A model generated the notes under the pieces. It did not search any database. It saw nothing but the letters and a program-made list of their open reading frames with translations, and was not told the origin of the DNA. A stretch of 64,000 bases of DNA, taken from sequence record NC_042100.1. The stretch is one strand, 5' to 3'. Of the stretch, positions 27,440 through 35,888 are shown in pieces. Each line of letters opens with the position of its first letter. Position 1 is the first letter of the stretch. Both the position numbers and the translations under genes were made by a program.

Positions 27440-27918
27440 CTTTAATGTGGATGGGATTATTGGTCGTGGTTTTAGTGGGGGCGGGAATACACGCCCTCAA
27501 TACTAAATACCACGGTGTTGGTGACTTTTATTACGTTACCTTGAGGACAGAGGAAGCCGGAAGATTGGTGCTCAGGTTTGAGTGCTCTGACTCCAACAAG
27601 TCTTTCTCTTTAGTGTTAATTTCTAATGGATTAGAAAACGTCTTAGATGAAGATTTGAACACCAGCAGTGACTCATCCACTACTTATTTGAGTTACGACA
27701 CTGGTAAACATTTCTACACGGGCATCATGAACCAGATTCAAACGTGTCTCTATCTAAGCAGAGGAGATCGTCAACTGAAAGAAAGGTTATTGATAGTCCA
27801 TGATCTAATCGCTCTAATCTATCGTCAGCAAGCTACGATGCGCATCACCGATAAAGGTAACTTTAAAGTGGGGTATCGAGCCGCTAGGTGTATCAAGGCT
27901 TTAGGGAGAATACCATGA
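27436..27918 (+). CDS. Membrane-anchored hypothetical protein (160 aa)
   Basis: ATGA overlap start at 27436; hydrophobic helix LMWMGLLVVVLVGAGI. Confidence 0.78.
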   Translation: MTLMWMGLLVVVLVGAGIHALNTKYHGVGDFYYVTLRTEEAGRLVLRFECSDSNKSFSLVLISNGLENVLDEDLNTSSDSSTTYLSYDTGKHFYTGIMNQIQTCLYLSRGDRQLKERLLIVHDLIALIYRQQATMRITDKGNFKVGYRAARCIKALGRIP

Positions 27919-28433
27919 TCTTTGTATTAACGTTTATCACACTACTGACCGTCGGGTCTTTATTTTCAGCAGATCAATACCAACCAATTTACATTTTTAT
28001 GATCTTAGTGGTTTCGGCAGGATGGTGCATTACGAAACTGCTCGACAATGGATCTCAAAAGCGTTTCCGTGTTAACGCCGTTCGTAAGGATGGTGTAACT
28101 CGTTTTGAGATTTATGATCATAACGACAAGGTTAAGTTCGTACTAGTCGTTATGGAGAACACAGAGGGATACAGTTTATTAGAACGAGATTATTATTCTT
28201 TAAACTCTTTAACTTGGTGTACTCCTAATCAAGAACGCGACTCTTTGAATTTAGTCAAACTCCTTAGTTCACTTGACGAATCGGAACGCAATACCGTCAC
28301 TGAACAATTCTTTAACTTACTGTTGGTGTTGACCCACCAAAAACCCGTCATCAGTCACACTTGTTATGAAGACTACTCGATCTCTGAATCCGCAAAAGAA
28401 CAGTTTGCGTCTTCACTTCGTTTGGCCCTTTAA
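27915..28433 (+). CDS. Membrane protein with two N-terminal hydrophobic segments (172 aa)
   Basis: GGGAG RBS and ATGA overlap at 27915; two hydrophobic stretches. Confidence 0.78.
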   Translation: MIFVLTFITLLTVGSLFSADQYQPIYIFMILVVSAGWCITKLLDNGSQKRFRVNAVRKDGVTRFEIYDHNDKVKFVLVVMENTEGYSLLERDYYSLNSLTWCTPNQERDSLNLVKLLSSLDESERNTVTEQFFNLLLVLTHQKPVISHTCYEDYSISESAKEQFASSLRLAL

Positions 28434-28471
28434 TAAGCGCTGATGTTCAATATACTCAGAAGGAAACAATA

Positions 28472-28951
28472 ATGAAAAGTAAATTCTCTTGTTTATTACT
28501 CATGTGCATCAGCATGGTTACGTGGGCAGACTACGCGGTGTTAGATACCACCTCCACCCAAAAGTGGGAATACCACCCGGGGAAGGATGCGTTCACCTAC
28601 CAATTCGATTACAACGTAAACCGTTCTTTACAACTTAGTTTTCTTTGTGACCCTATTAATGGGGAAGGAAGATTTAAATTAATACTGGACGGTCGTATAT
28701 ATGAAGAGAAAGACTTAGGTAAACTTTTCGGGTACGATTCTTATTACGATTTGGCGCAGAACATGGCGCTTCGTAATACGGAATGGGACTACGGAGACTT
28801 TGCTCATTTCTTTGCTCAATACGAAACCATATGGTTCACCGATAAGGAGGGTAAAGAAATTACTTCATTCCCTAATGATAACCGAATGGCAGCTAACGAA
28901 CTTTTCTCATTTAGAAAGGAATGTCGTGCTATCGTGCTAGGTGGATTATAA
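28472..28951 (+). CDS. Putative exported protein with a Sec signal peptide (159 aa)
   Basis: MKSK-FSCLLLMCISMVTWA|D: basic n-region, hydrophobic h-region and Ala at -1; AAGGA RBS. Confidence 0.75.
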   Translation: MKSKFSCLLLMCISMVTWADYAVLDTTSTQKWEYHPGKDAFTYQFDYNVNRSLQLSFLCDPINGEGRFKLILDGRIYEEKDLGKLFGYDSYYDLAQNMALRNTEWDYGDFAHFFAQYETIWFTDKEGKEITSFPNDNRMAANELFSFRKECRAIVLGGL

Positions 28952-28968
28952 TAAACAATGGCTGATGT

Positions 28969-29000
28969 AGGGAGGTGGGTTTCCACCTCCCTGTTCTTTT
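28969..29000 (+). terminator. Intrinsic terminator
   Basis: AGGGAGGTGG-GTTT-CCACCTCCCT followed by GTTCTTTT. Confidence 0.8.
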
Positions 29001-29025
29001 ACACACTTTATTTTTTGTTAAAAAT

Positions 29026-29049
29026 TATTAAATCTATATTATCAAAGTG
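29026..29049 (+). promoter_or_regulatory. Putative phage early promoter
   Basis: TATTAAATCTATATTATCAAAGTG; same CTATAT-7nt-GTG spacing as the other copies. Confidence 0.55.
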
Positions 29050-29081
29050 TTATGAGACTTAGTTTTCTTAAGGAAGCAACT

Positions 29082-29870
29082 ATGAAAGAACGCATCGAGA
29101 AATACCAAGCCAGATTTTTATGGCTGGCTGAACAAGCTGGCATCAAAGTTAACCACCAAATTGTTCAGTTTTGTACCATCAGTAATAATAAGAATGACCC
29201 AGCTCATAACTTAGAGCACATCTTAGGTGTTATACGCCTCGGTGTGGAGTTAGGAATAAAGAAGGGATACTACGGCACCAATGAGATGAAAATCATCTAC
29301 TACGGCTGCCTCATGCACGATTTGGGCTGTCGTTGGGATCGTGCTGGTCATCACGTGGAGTCAGCCGCTATTGCTGAAGAACTGTTATCGGTATTTGATT
29401 CTGATATGACAGAAAAAGAGATAGAGGAAATATCTCGTTGTTGTTTAGAGCACCGAAGTAGTTACCGTGGTGGACCTACTACTGAATTAAGCACTTTGGT
29501 TGCATTATCGGACAGGGGAAAGCCTAATTTTCCTTTGTATGTAATGCGTGCTTTTCAGTTCAGAATTAAAGAAGAGTTAACCCAGAAACAAATGACTTCG
29601 GAAGTTTACCATCACTTATTGGATAAGTTTGGTAAAACAGAAGGTTATAACTGGGTCAGCTATCCTACGTTAGGAATGGATCTTTTTGCAGAAGAGTGGA
29701 AAGAATTCGATCGCTTGCTATTGCGTAAGAATGTGAACTCTTTAGTGAATACTTATACTGAACAGTTTTTAAAGTATGGTAAAGTCCATCCCGTGGAAAC
29801 CATAGACCGTCAGTACATGGGGTTATGGGGTAAGCGTAACAATAATCGTAAAATTAAATTTAGAGGTTAA
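29082..29870 (+). CDS. HD-domain metal-dependent phosphohydrolase (262 aa)
   Basis: AHNLEH, MHDLG, HHVESA, EHR and SDR motifs; AAGGA RBS supports the start at 29082. Confidence 0.85.
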   Translation: MKERIEKYQARFLWLAEQAGIKVNHQIVQFCTISNNKNDPAHNLEHILGVIRLGVELGIKKGYYGTNEMKIIYYGCLMHDLGCRWDRAGHHVESAAIAEELLSVFDSDMTEKEIEEISRCCLEHRSSYRGGPTTELSTLVALSDRGKPNFPLYVMRAFQFRIKEELTQKQMTSEVYHHLLDKFGKTEGYNWVSYPTLGMDLFAEEWKEFDRLLLRKNVNSLVNTYTEQFLKYGKVHPVETIDRQYMGLWGKRNNNRKIKFRG

Positions 29871-29871
29871 A

Positions 29872-30780
29872 GTGATTTACACTAATTTTAAAGAATTAGG
29901 TCAACGTGTCCTTAATGAAGGTGAAACGGTTTATAACCAGCGCACTGGTAAAAACTGTCTTACCGTAATTAACGCGGACCTAACCTATCGTAACGACCTA
30001 GGTGCGGTACCCGCAAACACTCTTCGCCAGTCACCTTTTTACTTAGGTGTTGGTGAATTGTTAGGTTACTGGAAGGGGTTGATGAATGCCGCTGACTTCC
30101 GCGAATTAATGACACGTTCTTGGGATGCTAATGCCAACGAGAACAAAGCGTGGCTAAACAATCCTAACCGTCTTGGTGAGGACGACATGGGGGTGGTCTA
30201 CGGTGCGGTAGCCAACCATTGGCCGATCATGGAGTTTGTGAATCGGTCAGCGCGTATTAAGGATGACGGGACTTTAGATTTACGTCATTCTGGTGAAATT
30301 GATGTACTGCACAAGATCTATACGGATTTAAGTAATGGTCTGGATGACCGTGGTGAGATTCTTAACTTCTGGAATCCGGGTATGTTTGACTTAGGGTGTT
30401 TACGCCCTTGCATGTATTCCCACCACTGGTCGTTGGTAAACGATAACATGTACTTGAACTCAACGCAACGATCATGTGATCTGGGTTTAGGAATGTCGAG
30501 TAACATGATTCAAGTTTTCTTGAGCAATGCGCTGATGGCACAGATTACAGGTCATAAGGCTAAAGAGTCCTACCATAAACTGGTTAACGTGCATTTGTAT
30601 GAAGACCAGATTGATCTGTTCCGTGGTGAGATGGAGCGTGAGCCTTTGGAAGCCCCTACGTTGTGGATTAACCCGGACATTAAAACGTTGGAAGACGTTC
30701 GCACTTGGGTGACCCCTAAAGACTTCAAGCTTATCGACTACAAGCATCACGACAAAATCGTGTACCCGTTTACCGTTTAG
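29872..30780 (+). CDS. thyA: Thymidylate synthase, Vibrio/Pasteurellaceae-type
   Basis: RTGKNCLTVINADL, WDANANEN, RPCMYSHH (catalytic Cys), QRSCD..G...N, HLYEDQ; GTG start with GAGG RBS. Confidence 0.95.
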   Translation: MIYTNFKELGQRVLNEGETVYNQRTGKNCLTVINADLTYRNDLGAVPANTLRQSPFYLGVGELLGYWKGLMNAADFRELMTRSWDANANENKAWLNNPNRLGEDDMGVVYGAVANHWPIMEFVNRSARIKDDGTLDLRHSGEIDVLHKIYTDLSNGLDDRGEILNFWNPGMFDLGCLRPCMYSHHWSLVNDNMYLNSTQRSCDLGLGMSSNMIQVFLSNALMAQITGHKAKESYHKLVNVHLYEDQIDLFRGEMEREPLEAPTLWINPDIKTLEDVRTWVTPKDFKLIDYKHHDKIVYPFTV

Positions 30781-30793
30781 TCAATTAAATCAG

Positions 30794-30822
30794 GTGGGTC
30801 CTTCGGGACCCACTCCTTTTTT
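30794..30822 (+). terminator. Intrinsic terminator
   Basis: GTGGGTCC-TTCG-GGACCCAC (C-UUCG-G loop) followed by a T run. Confidence 0.85.
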
Positions 30823-30852
30823 GCACTTTAAAAATTTATTAAGGATACTTCC

Positions 30853-30993
30853 ATGCAAACTGAACCAAATAAGTTTGAATCAGAAAAGATTCTTTATCGA
30901 AGAAACAAAAAAGTCAATTCTGGAGCGTTGGGATATTTCATGTCGGGAGGTCACCCTCCCCATCTAACGAAAGGACATTCTCATGGCAGATAA
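30853..30993 (+). CDS. Small hypothetical protein (46 aa, MQTEPNKFES...), not in the ORF track
   Basis: AAGGA RBS; overlaps the next gene start. Confidence 0.55.
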   Translation: MQTEPNKFESEKILYRRNKKVNSGALGYFMSGGHPPHLTKGHSHGR

Positions 30994-31258
30994 CATGCAA
31001 GTACTAGGTGGTGGTTTCTATATTGCAAAAACCCAAGCGGGTTTTTGCAAAGTATTAAAGTCAATCCTACGTCGACATAACGAGGGTCAGCATCCAGATT
31101 ATCAGTTAGAGTTCAGTCAATGTAATGTGCTCAATTGGCCAACCTCTTACCCGTCGTTGGTAACAGTTAGTTTCAGATACAGTGAAGAGTATGGCTGGTG
31201 CTACGGTGTCCATCAAATCAATCTTGGTAAGCTTAAGGATGCATTGCACGGTATGTGA
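30983..31258 (+). CDS. Hypothetical protein (91 aa)
   Basis: AAGGA RBS; ORF track. Confidence 0.7.
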   Translation: MADNMQVLGGGFYIAKTQAGFCKVLKSILRRHNEGQHPDYQLEFSQCNVLNWPTSYPSLVTVSFRYSEEYGWCYGVHQINLGKLKDALHGM

Positions 31259-31259
31259 T

Positions 31260-31508
31260 ATGAAATGTCATTCACGTAATACATCGCTTAATAAGAAGTT
31301 TGTTGCGTTTGAACTTCTTGTTGTTATCGGGTATCGATGAAACCATTGGTGGGATGTTTGGGTGGTAAACAAAGGCGATGCAGAAATTACTGATTCATCT
31401 CCCAAACTTAGTGATAAAGCTAAAAAGAAACTGATCAAGGAGTATCGTGAGAACTTGTATAAAAAAGTCAATCTCACTTTACCTGTTGAGGAAAAGAAAG
31501 AGGATTAA
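31260..31508 (+). pseudogene. 82-codon frame with one internal TGA (31338-31340); alternatively a 48-aa ORF from the GTG at 31362
   Basis: One frame fills the gap exactly: MKCHSRNT...GYR*NHWWDVW...EEKKED*. Confidence 0.4.
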
Positions 31509-31511
31509 ATT

Positions 31512-32156
31512 ATGTCTATCATCAGCGTAGATAGAAGTGGATTCATGGTCACTGCGGTAACCGAGCGTGGACCTTTCTGGTGCATGACAACCTCCGCTAG
31601 CCGTCCAGTTTGGAACAAAGACTTCCCTATAGAGCGGGAGGAGGGTGTAGTTGAACATGTGGTATATGGTGCGAACTACGATGACGCCGAAGGAAAGGAT
31701 TTTTCTTCTAATGAATTTTACGACATCGCGTGGTTGTATCAAGTTGAAAAATTAGAAGAAGGTAACTACCCTCTTCGTCACCCACTTATGGTCCACAGTA
31801 AAATGGGAGAACATCGCTGGGCTGGATTAACTGACAAAGGTACTTTATTAACCTTAAAACTTGACGACAGAAATTTGAAGATTAAGTTTTATGATGTTAG
31901 CGACGGTGGTAGTTATCTCATTGACAATGACTGTGAGAAAGGTCTTCCGATCGCAAGTGAAGTTGTTGGAGTCTTAGACGGTACCGAAAGTCTACAATGG
32001 GGTATGTTGGCTAGTCTCAGAAAGGACACCCCTAAGTTAGCCAAGGTGTTTTCTGCTGATCGAGACATAAGCGTTGTGATGTCTATGAACCCAAAACCTG
32101 AAACATTGGATAGTTGGGTGACCGCTCTGGATGAAAAGCTAGGAGAATTAGTATGA
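31512..32156 (+). CDS. Hypothetical protein (214 aa)
   Basis: GAGG RBS; ORF track. Confidence 0.8.
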   Translation: MSIISVDRSGFMVTAVTERGPFWCMTTSASRPVWNKDFPIEREEGVVEHVVYGANYDDAEGKDFSSNEFYDIAWLYQVEKLEEGNYPLRHPLMVHSKMGEHRWAGLTDKGTLLTLKLDDRNLKIKFYDVSDGGSYLIDNDCEKGLPIASEVVGVLDGTESLQWGMLASLRKDTPKLAKVFSADRDISVVMSMNPKPETLDSWVTALDEKLGELV

Positions 32157-32869
32157 CTTTAGTTGTTGGATTTTTAGGTGACATGATGGCTGATTCTAAG
32201 GCGGTAAGTTGTACCGAAGAGTTAGAGCGTCGTCCTCGGGTCGCTACGCATGACCATCTTAAGATCATGCCGGCACCTAACTTGACCCCTCCTTATGTTG
32301 ACGAAGAAGGGACAGAACATACCCCGGATTTCATGGGGGTGGCAGGGAACACTAACGCGGTAGAGATGCTTAAATTAGATCCCACGGATATGTTAGGTTT
32401 GTTTGGTTTGGAGAAATTCATTCCGGGGGAATACGACATGTCTTTGATCAATTTTAACATGGACATTGGTATCTCTTTAAAGGTTATGTTCCGCGTCGGT
32501 GAAAAATTCTTTACCGTGGAATTTGACGGGTGTTCTTTGGAGATCTCTAAATTAACCAAGTATGCTTCTATGGGTAGTGGTGCGGGACCATTCCGCGTCC
32601 TAACTAAAATGTTCTTTGATGACAAGGGAGTGACAGGTCAAGATCTCGCGACTACCTTTAAACTACTCATGTTATCTGGTGCGGATAAAACCGTGGGAGG
32701 GAGGTTCCAATACTTGTTATCCGGAAAGGATAACGTTTTTAGTGAAACACCTAAGATCACTCAAGAAGACCGGGAGAAATTAGTAAAGCGTTACAAAGAG
32801 ACACTTTATAAACTAAGCGGTCACGAACTCCCTAAAGAGGAGGAAGAAGAAAAGATTGAAAAGGAGTAA
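32153..32869 (+). CDS. Ntn-hydrolase, HslV/proteasome-beta-like peptidase (238 aa)
   Basis: N-terminal M-T nucleophile (TLVVGFLGDMMADSKA), GVAGN, SMGSGAG and D-K-T-V-G-G motifs. Confidence 0.7.
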   Translation: MTLVVGFLGDMMADSKAVSCTEELERRPRVATHDHLKIMPAPNLTPPYVDEEGTEHTPDFMGVAGNTNAVEMLKLDPTDMLGLFGLEKFIPGEYDMSLINFNMDIGISLKVMFRVGEKFFTVEFDGCSLEISKLTKYASMGSGAGPFRVLTKMFFDDKGVTGQDLATTFKLLMLSGADKTVGGRFQYLLSGKDNVFSETPKITQEDREKLVKRYKETLYKLSGHELPKEEEEEKIEKE

Positions 32870-32872
32870 AGT

Positions 32873-33442
32873 ATGAAAGAAAACACCATCAAGTTGGTGT
32901 TGTTGGACGTGATCAAAGCTTACCACTCATACCTTGGAAACGAGGTATGGGAGGAAACCTTATTAAAGGCCAATAACGGTGACTGTGTCTGGATAGCCCA
33001 ACTTACAGCGTATGTCCTTAGACATGGGTTTGACTTCACTGTAGAAATTCAGGACTCTCCATATCACACGTTTTTGGTGTACGATGGTAAAGTCTATGAT
33101 ACCCTTAACTTTAATGGTGGGAACGTCCTAAGTTTGCCGTTCTATGGTGTGTCGAATGAACACCGTAATAAAGTAAACCCTTTGGATTATTTTCGCTTGG
33201 CTCCTTGGGATAAAGACATCTATTCGGTCATGCATCACGTATGTGCTCAGTATGGGATAGTCCCGATGACATGTGTGGGGGATGAATTTGGTGAACCTGA
33301 GTTCATTACTATTAACAGTAGTGTGGAAGAACAAAATCGTTTAGAGTTAATGGACATTGACGTGGAGTATCGAGTCTCACCGGGTTTCGATACCGAGCAA
33401 GTACATGTTGTCGAAGTTAAAGATAAAAATCTAGGTAGTTAA
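32873..33442 (+). CDS. Papain/transglutaminase-like Cys-His-Asp protein (189 aa)
   Basis: NNGDC...HTFLVYDGKVYD candidate triad. Confidence 0.6.
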   Translation: MKENTIKLVLLDVIKAYHSYLGNEVWEETLLKANNGDCVWIAQLTAYVLRHGFDFTVEIQDSPYHTFLVYDGKVYDTLNFNGGNVLSLPFYGVSNEHRNKVNPLDYFRLAPWDKDIYSVMHHVCAQYGIVPMTCVGDEFGEPEFITINSSVEEQNRLELMDIDVEYRVSPGFDTEQVHVVEVKDKNLGS

Positions 33443-33444
33443 GA

Positions 33445-33834
33445 ATGTTGTTCACGGTTGGTGCGTTAATTAAAAATGCGGAAGGTAAACTGTTGATCCA
33501 AAATCATAAAAAGATTGGTGGATTGACTATCCCTAGTGGAAAGTTAGAAGATAACGAACGTGACGTGATTGGACTGACTCGGGAATTGAAAGAGGAATTA
33601 GGCGTAACAACTCTTTGGGTTGGCAAGCGTTTAAGTAAGTGGCGACAAACCTACGAGAGTTTAGGTGTTGTTGATCAAGCCCTATACGAAGTGGTATTAA
33701 ACGAAGAACCACGGAACATGGAACCAAACAAGCACACTTCCCAAACTTGGATGTCTATTGAAGAAATCAAATCAAGTGGGGAGAAACTCAGCGGATATTT
33801 AACTAAAGTTTTAGAACTGGAGAAAACAAAATGA
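33445..33834 (+). CDS. Nudix hydrolase (129 aa)
   Basis: Complete Nudix box GKLEDNE-RDVIGLT-RELKEELGV. Confidence 0.92.
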   Translation: MLFTVGALIKNAEGKLLIQNHKKIGGLTIPSGKLEDNERDVIGLTRELKEELGVTTLWVGKRLSKWRQTYESLGVVDQALYEVVLNEEPRNMEPNKHTSQTWMSIEEIKSSGEKLSGYLTKVLELEKTK

Positions 33835-34988
33835 GTAAACAAATTAAAGAATTAATGTACCAGCTGGTCGATTCATTTTCGATTATCGCTAACCTTAAGC
33901 ACCATAAGGCGGTTCAGTATTTGAACAGCGCGCATTGCTACGCGGTGGCAACGTTAGCACAACATATCTTAAAAGAGAAGCATGATATTACGGTGAACCT
34001 GAAGTCACACCCACATCATAGCTTCTTTGAACATGATGGCATCTACTACGATACGTTGTTTCCGGTAGGTTATCCGATACACCCTTCTGAAGTATGGCGT
34101 ATGGAAGAGGCTCGGTGTCGTACCTCCTTGGACGATTGGGACTTTGGTGAATGTGGGATAGTAAACCCGGACCCAGCTATCATCGCGTGGGTGGAGTATG
34201 TCACGGAAAGACTCGGGATCAGTCAACCTAAGTTTTACTGGGAAATGATTGAAGACTTTGAAGACCGTGGTTCTTACACCAAAAAACCTATCAAGGGGGT
34301 CTACCATCACACCCTAGGTAAATATCGTCGTAAAGTTAAGCGTTACCGCCTCCGAGCATGGAAGTTCCGTAACGTAGAATGGAAAACGTTCATGATTGGT
34401 TGGATGTCTGTGTTCACTCCGGATCCCGATGATCTTTGGGTGGATCTAGAAGTCATTGAATACGATAAGTGGGTGAAGAAAGTAATCTCCACCGTTTACC
34501 CTCCTTACGAAGAAGTAATGGAAAAGTGTTTTGACGTAAAAGATGTGAATCTGAAAAAATCAAACGGCGTCATCATAGGTGGTACCGCGGGGTTTAAACG
34601 TGATAATCTCTGGGGAATGTGTGCCACCACTGAACCTGGATCGACCATCTTTAAGGGAGTGGAAGAACGCGAACTGACTATAGAAGTTCCAGAAAACTTG
34701 GGTGAAATACTTGATGCCGCGGCTTGTCGTCTCAGTGAGAAACATCAAGCGGCTAGTTTCCCTCGTGGTTGTCCTGCTGGAGTTAAGTTCTATGATGACG
34801 CCGGTTACGGGATAGTGGAAGGTATACCTTTCGATTCCAAAAAGACATTAACATTAGGTTCACCTGATAAACTGGAAGATGACCCTGAACGTGTATACTT
34901 TGCTGTCGAAGATGACGAGGGTAAAGTGAGTTACACGGATGATCGAGAAGCGTGGTTAAATAGGGACTCCGGTGATAGCGAGGAATAA
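33831..34988 (+). CDS. Papain/transglutaminase-like Cys-His-Asp domain plus unknown C-terminal region (385 aa)
   Basis: NSAHC...HSFFEHDGIYYD; paralogous to 32873-33442. Confidence 0.6.
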   Translation: MSKQIKELMYQLVDSFSIIANLKHHKAVQYLNSAHCYAVATLAQHILKEKHDITVNLKSHPHHSFFEHDGIYYDTLFPVGYPIHPSEVWRMEEARCRTSLDDWDFGECGIVNPDPAIIAWVEYVTERLGISQPKFYWEMIEDFEDRGSYTKKPIKGVYHHTLGKYRRKVKRYRLRAWKFRNVEWKTFMIGWMSVFTPDPDDLWVDLEVIEYDKWVKKVISTVYPPYEEVMEKCFDVKDVNLKKSNGVIIGGTAGFKRDNLWGMCATTEPGSTIFKGVEERELTIEVPENLGEILDAAACRLSEKHQAASFPRGCPAGVKFYDDAGYGIVEGIPFDSKKTLTLGSPDKLEDDPERVYFAVEDDEGKVSYTDDREAWLNRDSGDSEE

Positions 34989-35009
34989 CATCGTATGTAA
35001 GGAGAATCT

Positions 35010-35216
35010 ATGAATAAACTAGCAATAGCGGCTGTGGTGGCCGCTACTTTACCACCGCCACGTTCACTAACAATAGAGTGTGATTGGGAAGAAGGTTTTG
35101 ACTACGACTTTATTACAACTGAGCTAAGAAGACCGCCTCTCAAGATCGGTGCAGTCGGTATGAGTGGTCAGAACAGCATAGGTCATTTTTATTATTACAT
35201 TAGAAGGAACAACTAA
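35010..35216 (+). CDS. Hypothetical protein (68 aa)
   Basis: AAGGAG RBS. Confidence 0.7.
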   Translation: MNKLAIAAVVAATLPPPRSLTIECDWEEGFDYDFITTELRRPPLKIGAVGMSGQNSIGHFYYYIRRNN

Positions 35217-35217
35217 T

Positions 35218-35589
35218 ATGTTTAAGAAAGAGAATTTAAAGATCTTTTTCATCGCTTTAGTGTTAGCCGGACTATATCAGCTTTTACTTAGTTTAGTCCC
35301 CAGTGTTTACGAGTCTCAAGGAGAGATCGTCAATATACGAGAACAAACTCTTCAGACCACGACAATCAATTTTCCTACCGTCGGGGAACCTAAAAGAATT
35401 GAACCCGAGATAAATTCTTTTGTACGTTACGAGATAGAAGTCTTAATAGAAAGAAAGATTGTTTCGTGTGTATTAAAAGAAGAACAGTACGGTTTGTTAC
35501 GTGGGACTAATTTCGTTAACGTGACTTATGAAATGATGGATAACGGTGAGTATCGTTGCATCAACCTAATGCCAGTTAAGGAAGGATAA
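35218..35589 (+). CDS. Membrane-anchored protein with a two-Cys beta domain (123 aa)
   Basis: N-terminal hydrophobic helix; paralogous to the next gene. Confidence 0.78.
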   Translation: MFKKENLKIFFIALVLAGLYQLLLSLVPSVYESQGEIVNIREQTLQTTTINFPTVGEPKRIEPEINSFVRYEIEVLIERKIVSCVLKEEQYGLLRGTNFVNVTYEMMDNGEYRCINLMPVKEG

Positions 35590-35888
35590 TGAAAACGACA
35601 ACGTTGATCAAAACACCAATTTACGGGTTAATTAGTTTCTTAATTTCGTTCCTACTTTGGTGCAATATTAATTACGAAACCAATGAAGCTAACGGACGAG
35701 TCACGGACATCTTCCCAACGAATGAGGATGAACTCACTTACGATTACTTCATCCTCACGGGGGATGAACTCATTCAGTGTAAATTAGACGAAGAAAAACA
35801 TCGTTTAATGGATGGACGTAAATACGTTAAGATTAAATACGGCACCTTTCCTACCGGAGAACAAATCTGTTTAGCGGTGATTATTTAA
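35589..35888 (+). CDS. Membrane-anchored protein with a two-Cys beta domain (99 aa)
   Basis: N-terminal hydrophobic helix; TAATG coupling; paralogous to the previous gene. Confidence 0.78.
   Translation: MKTTTLIKTPIYGLISFLISFLLWCNINYETNEANGRVTDIFPTNEDELTYDYFILTGDELIQCKLDEEKHRLMDGRKYVKIKYGTFPTGEQICLAVII

Noticed and set aside
29082-33834. DNA base-modification pathway (Z-genome or hydroxymethyl-pyrimidine) suggested by HD + ThyA + Nudix
   Set aside because: ThyA keeps the dUMP-specifying Asn (GMSSN) and looks like an ordinary thymidylate synthase; no PurZ, kinase or transferase is in the window.
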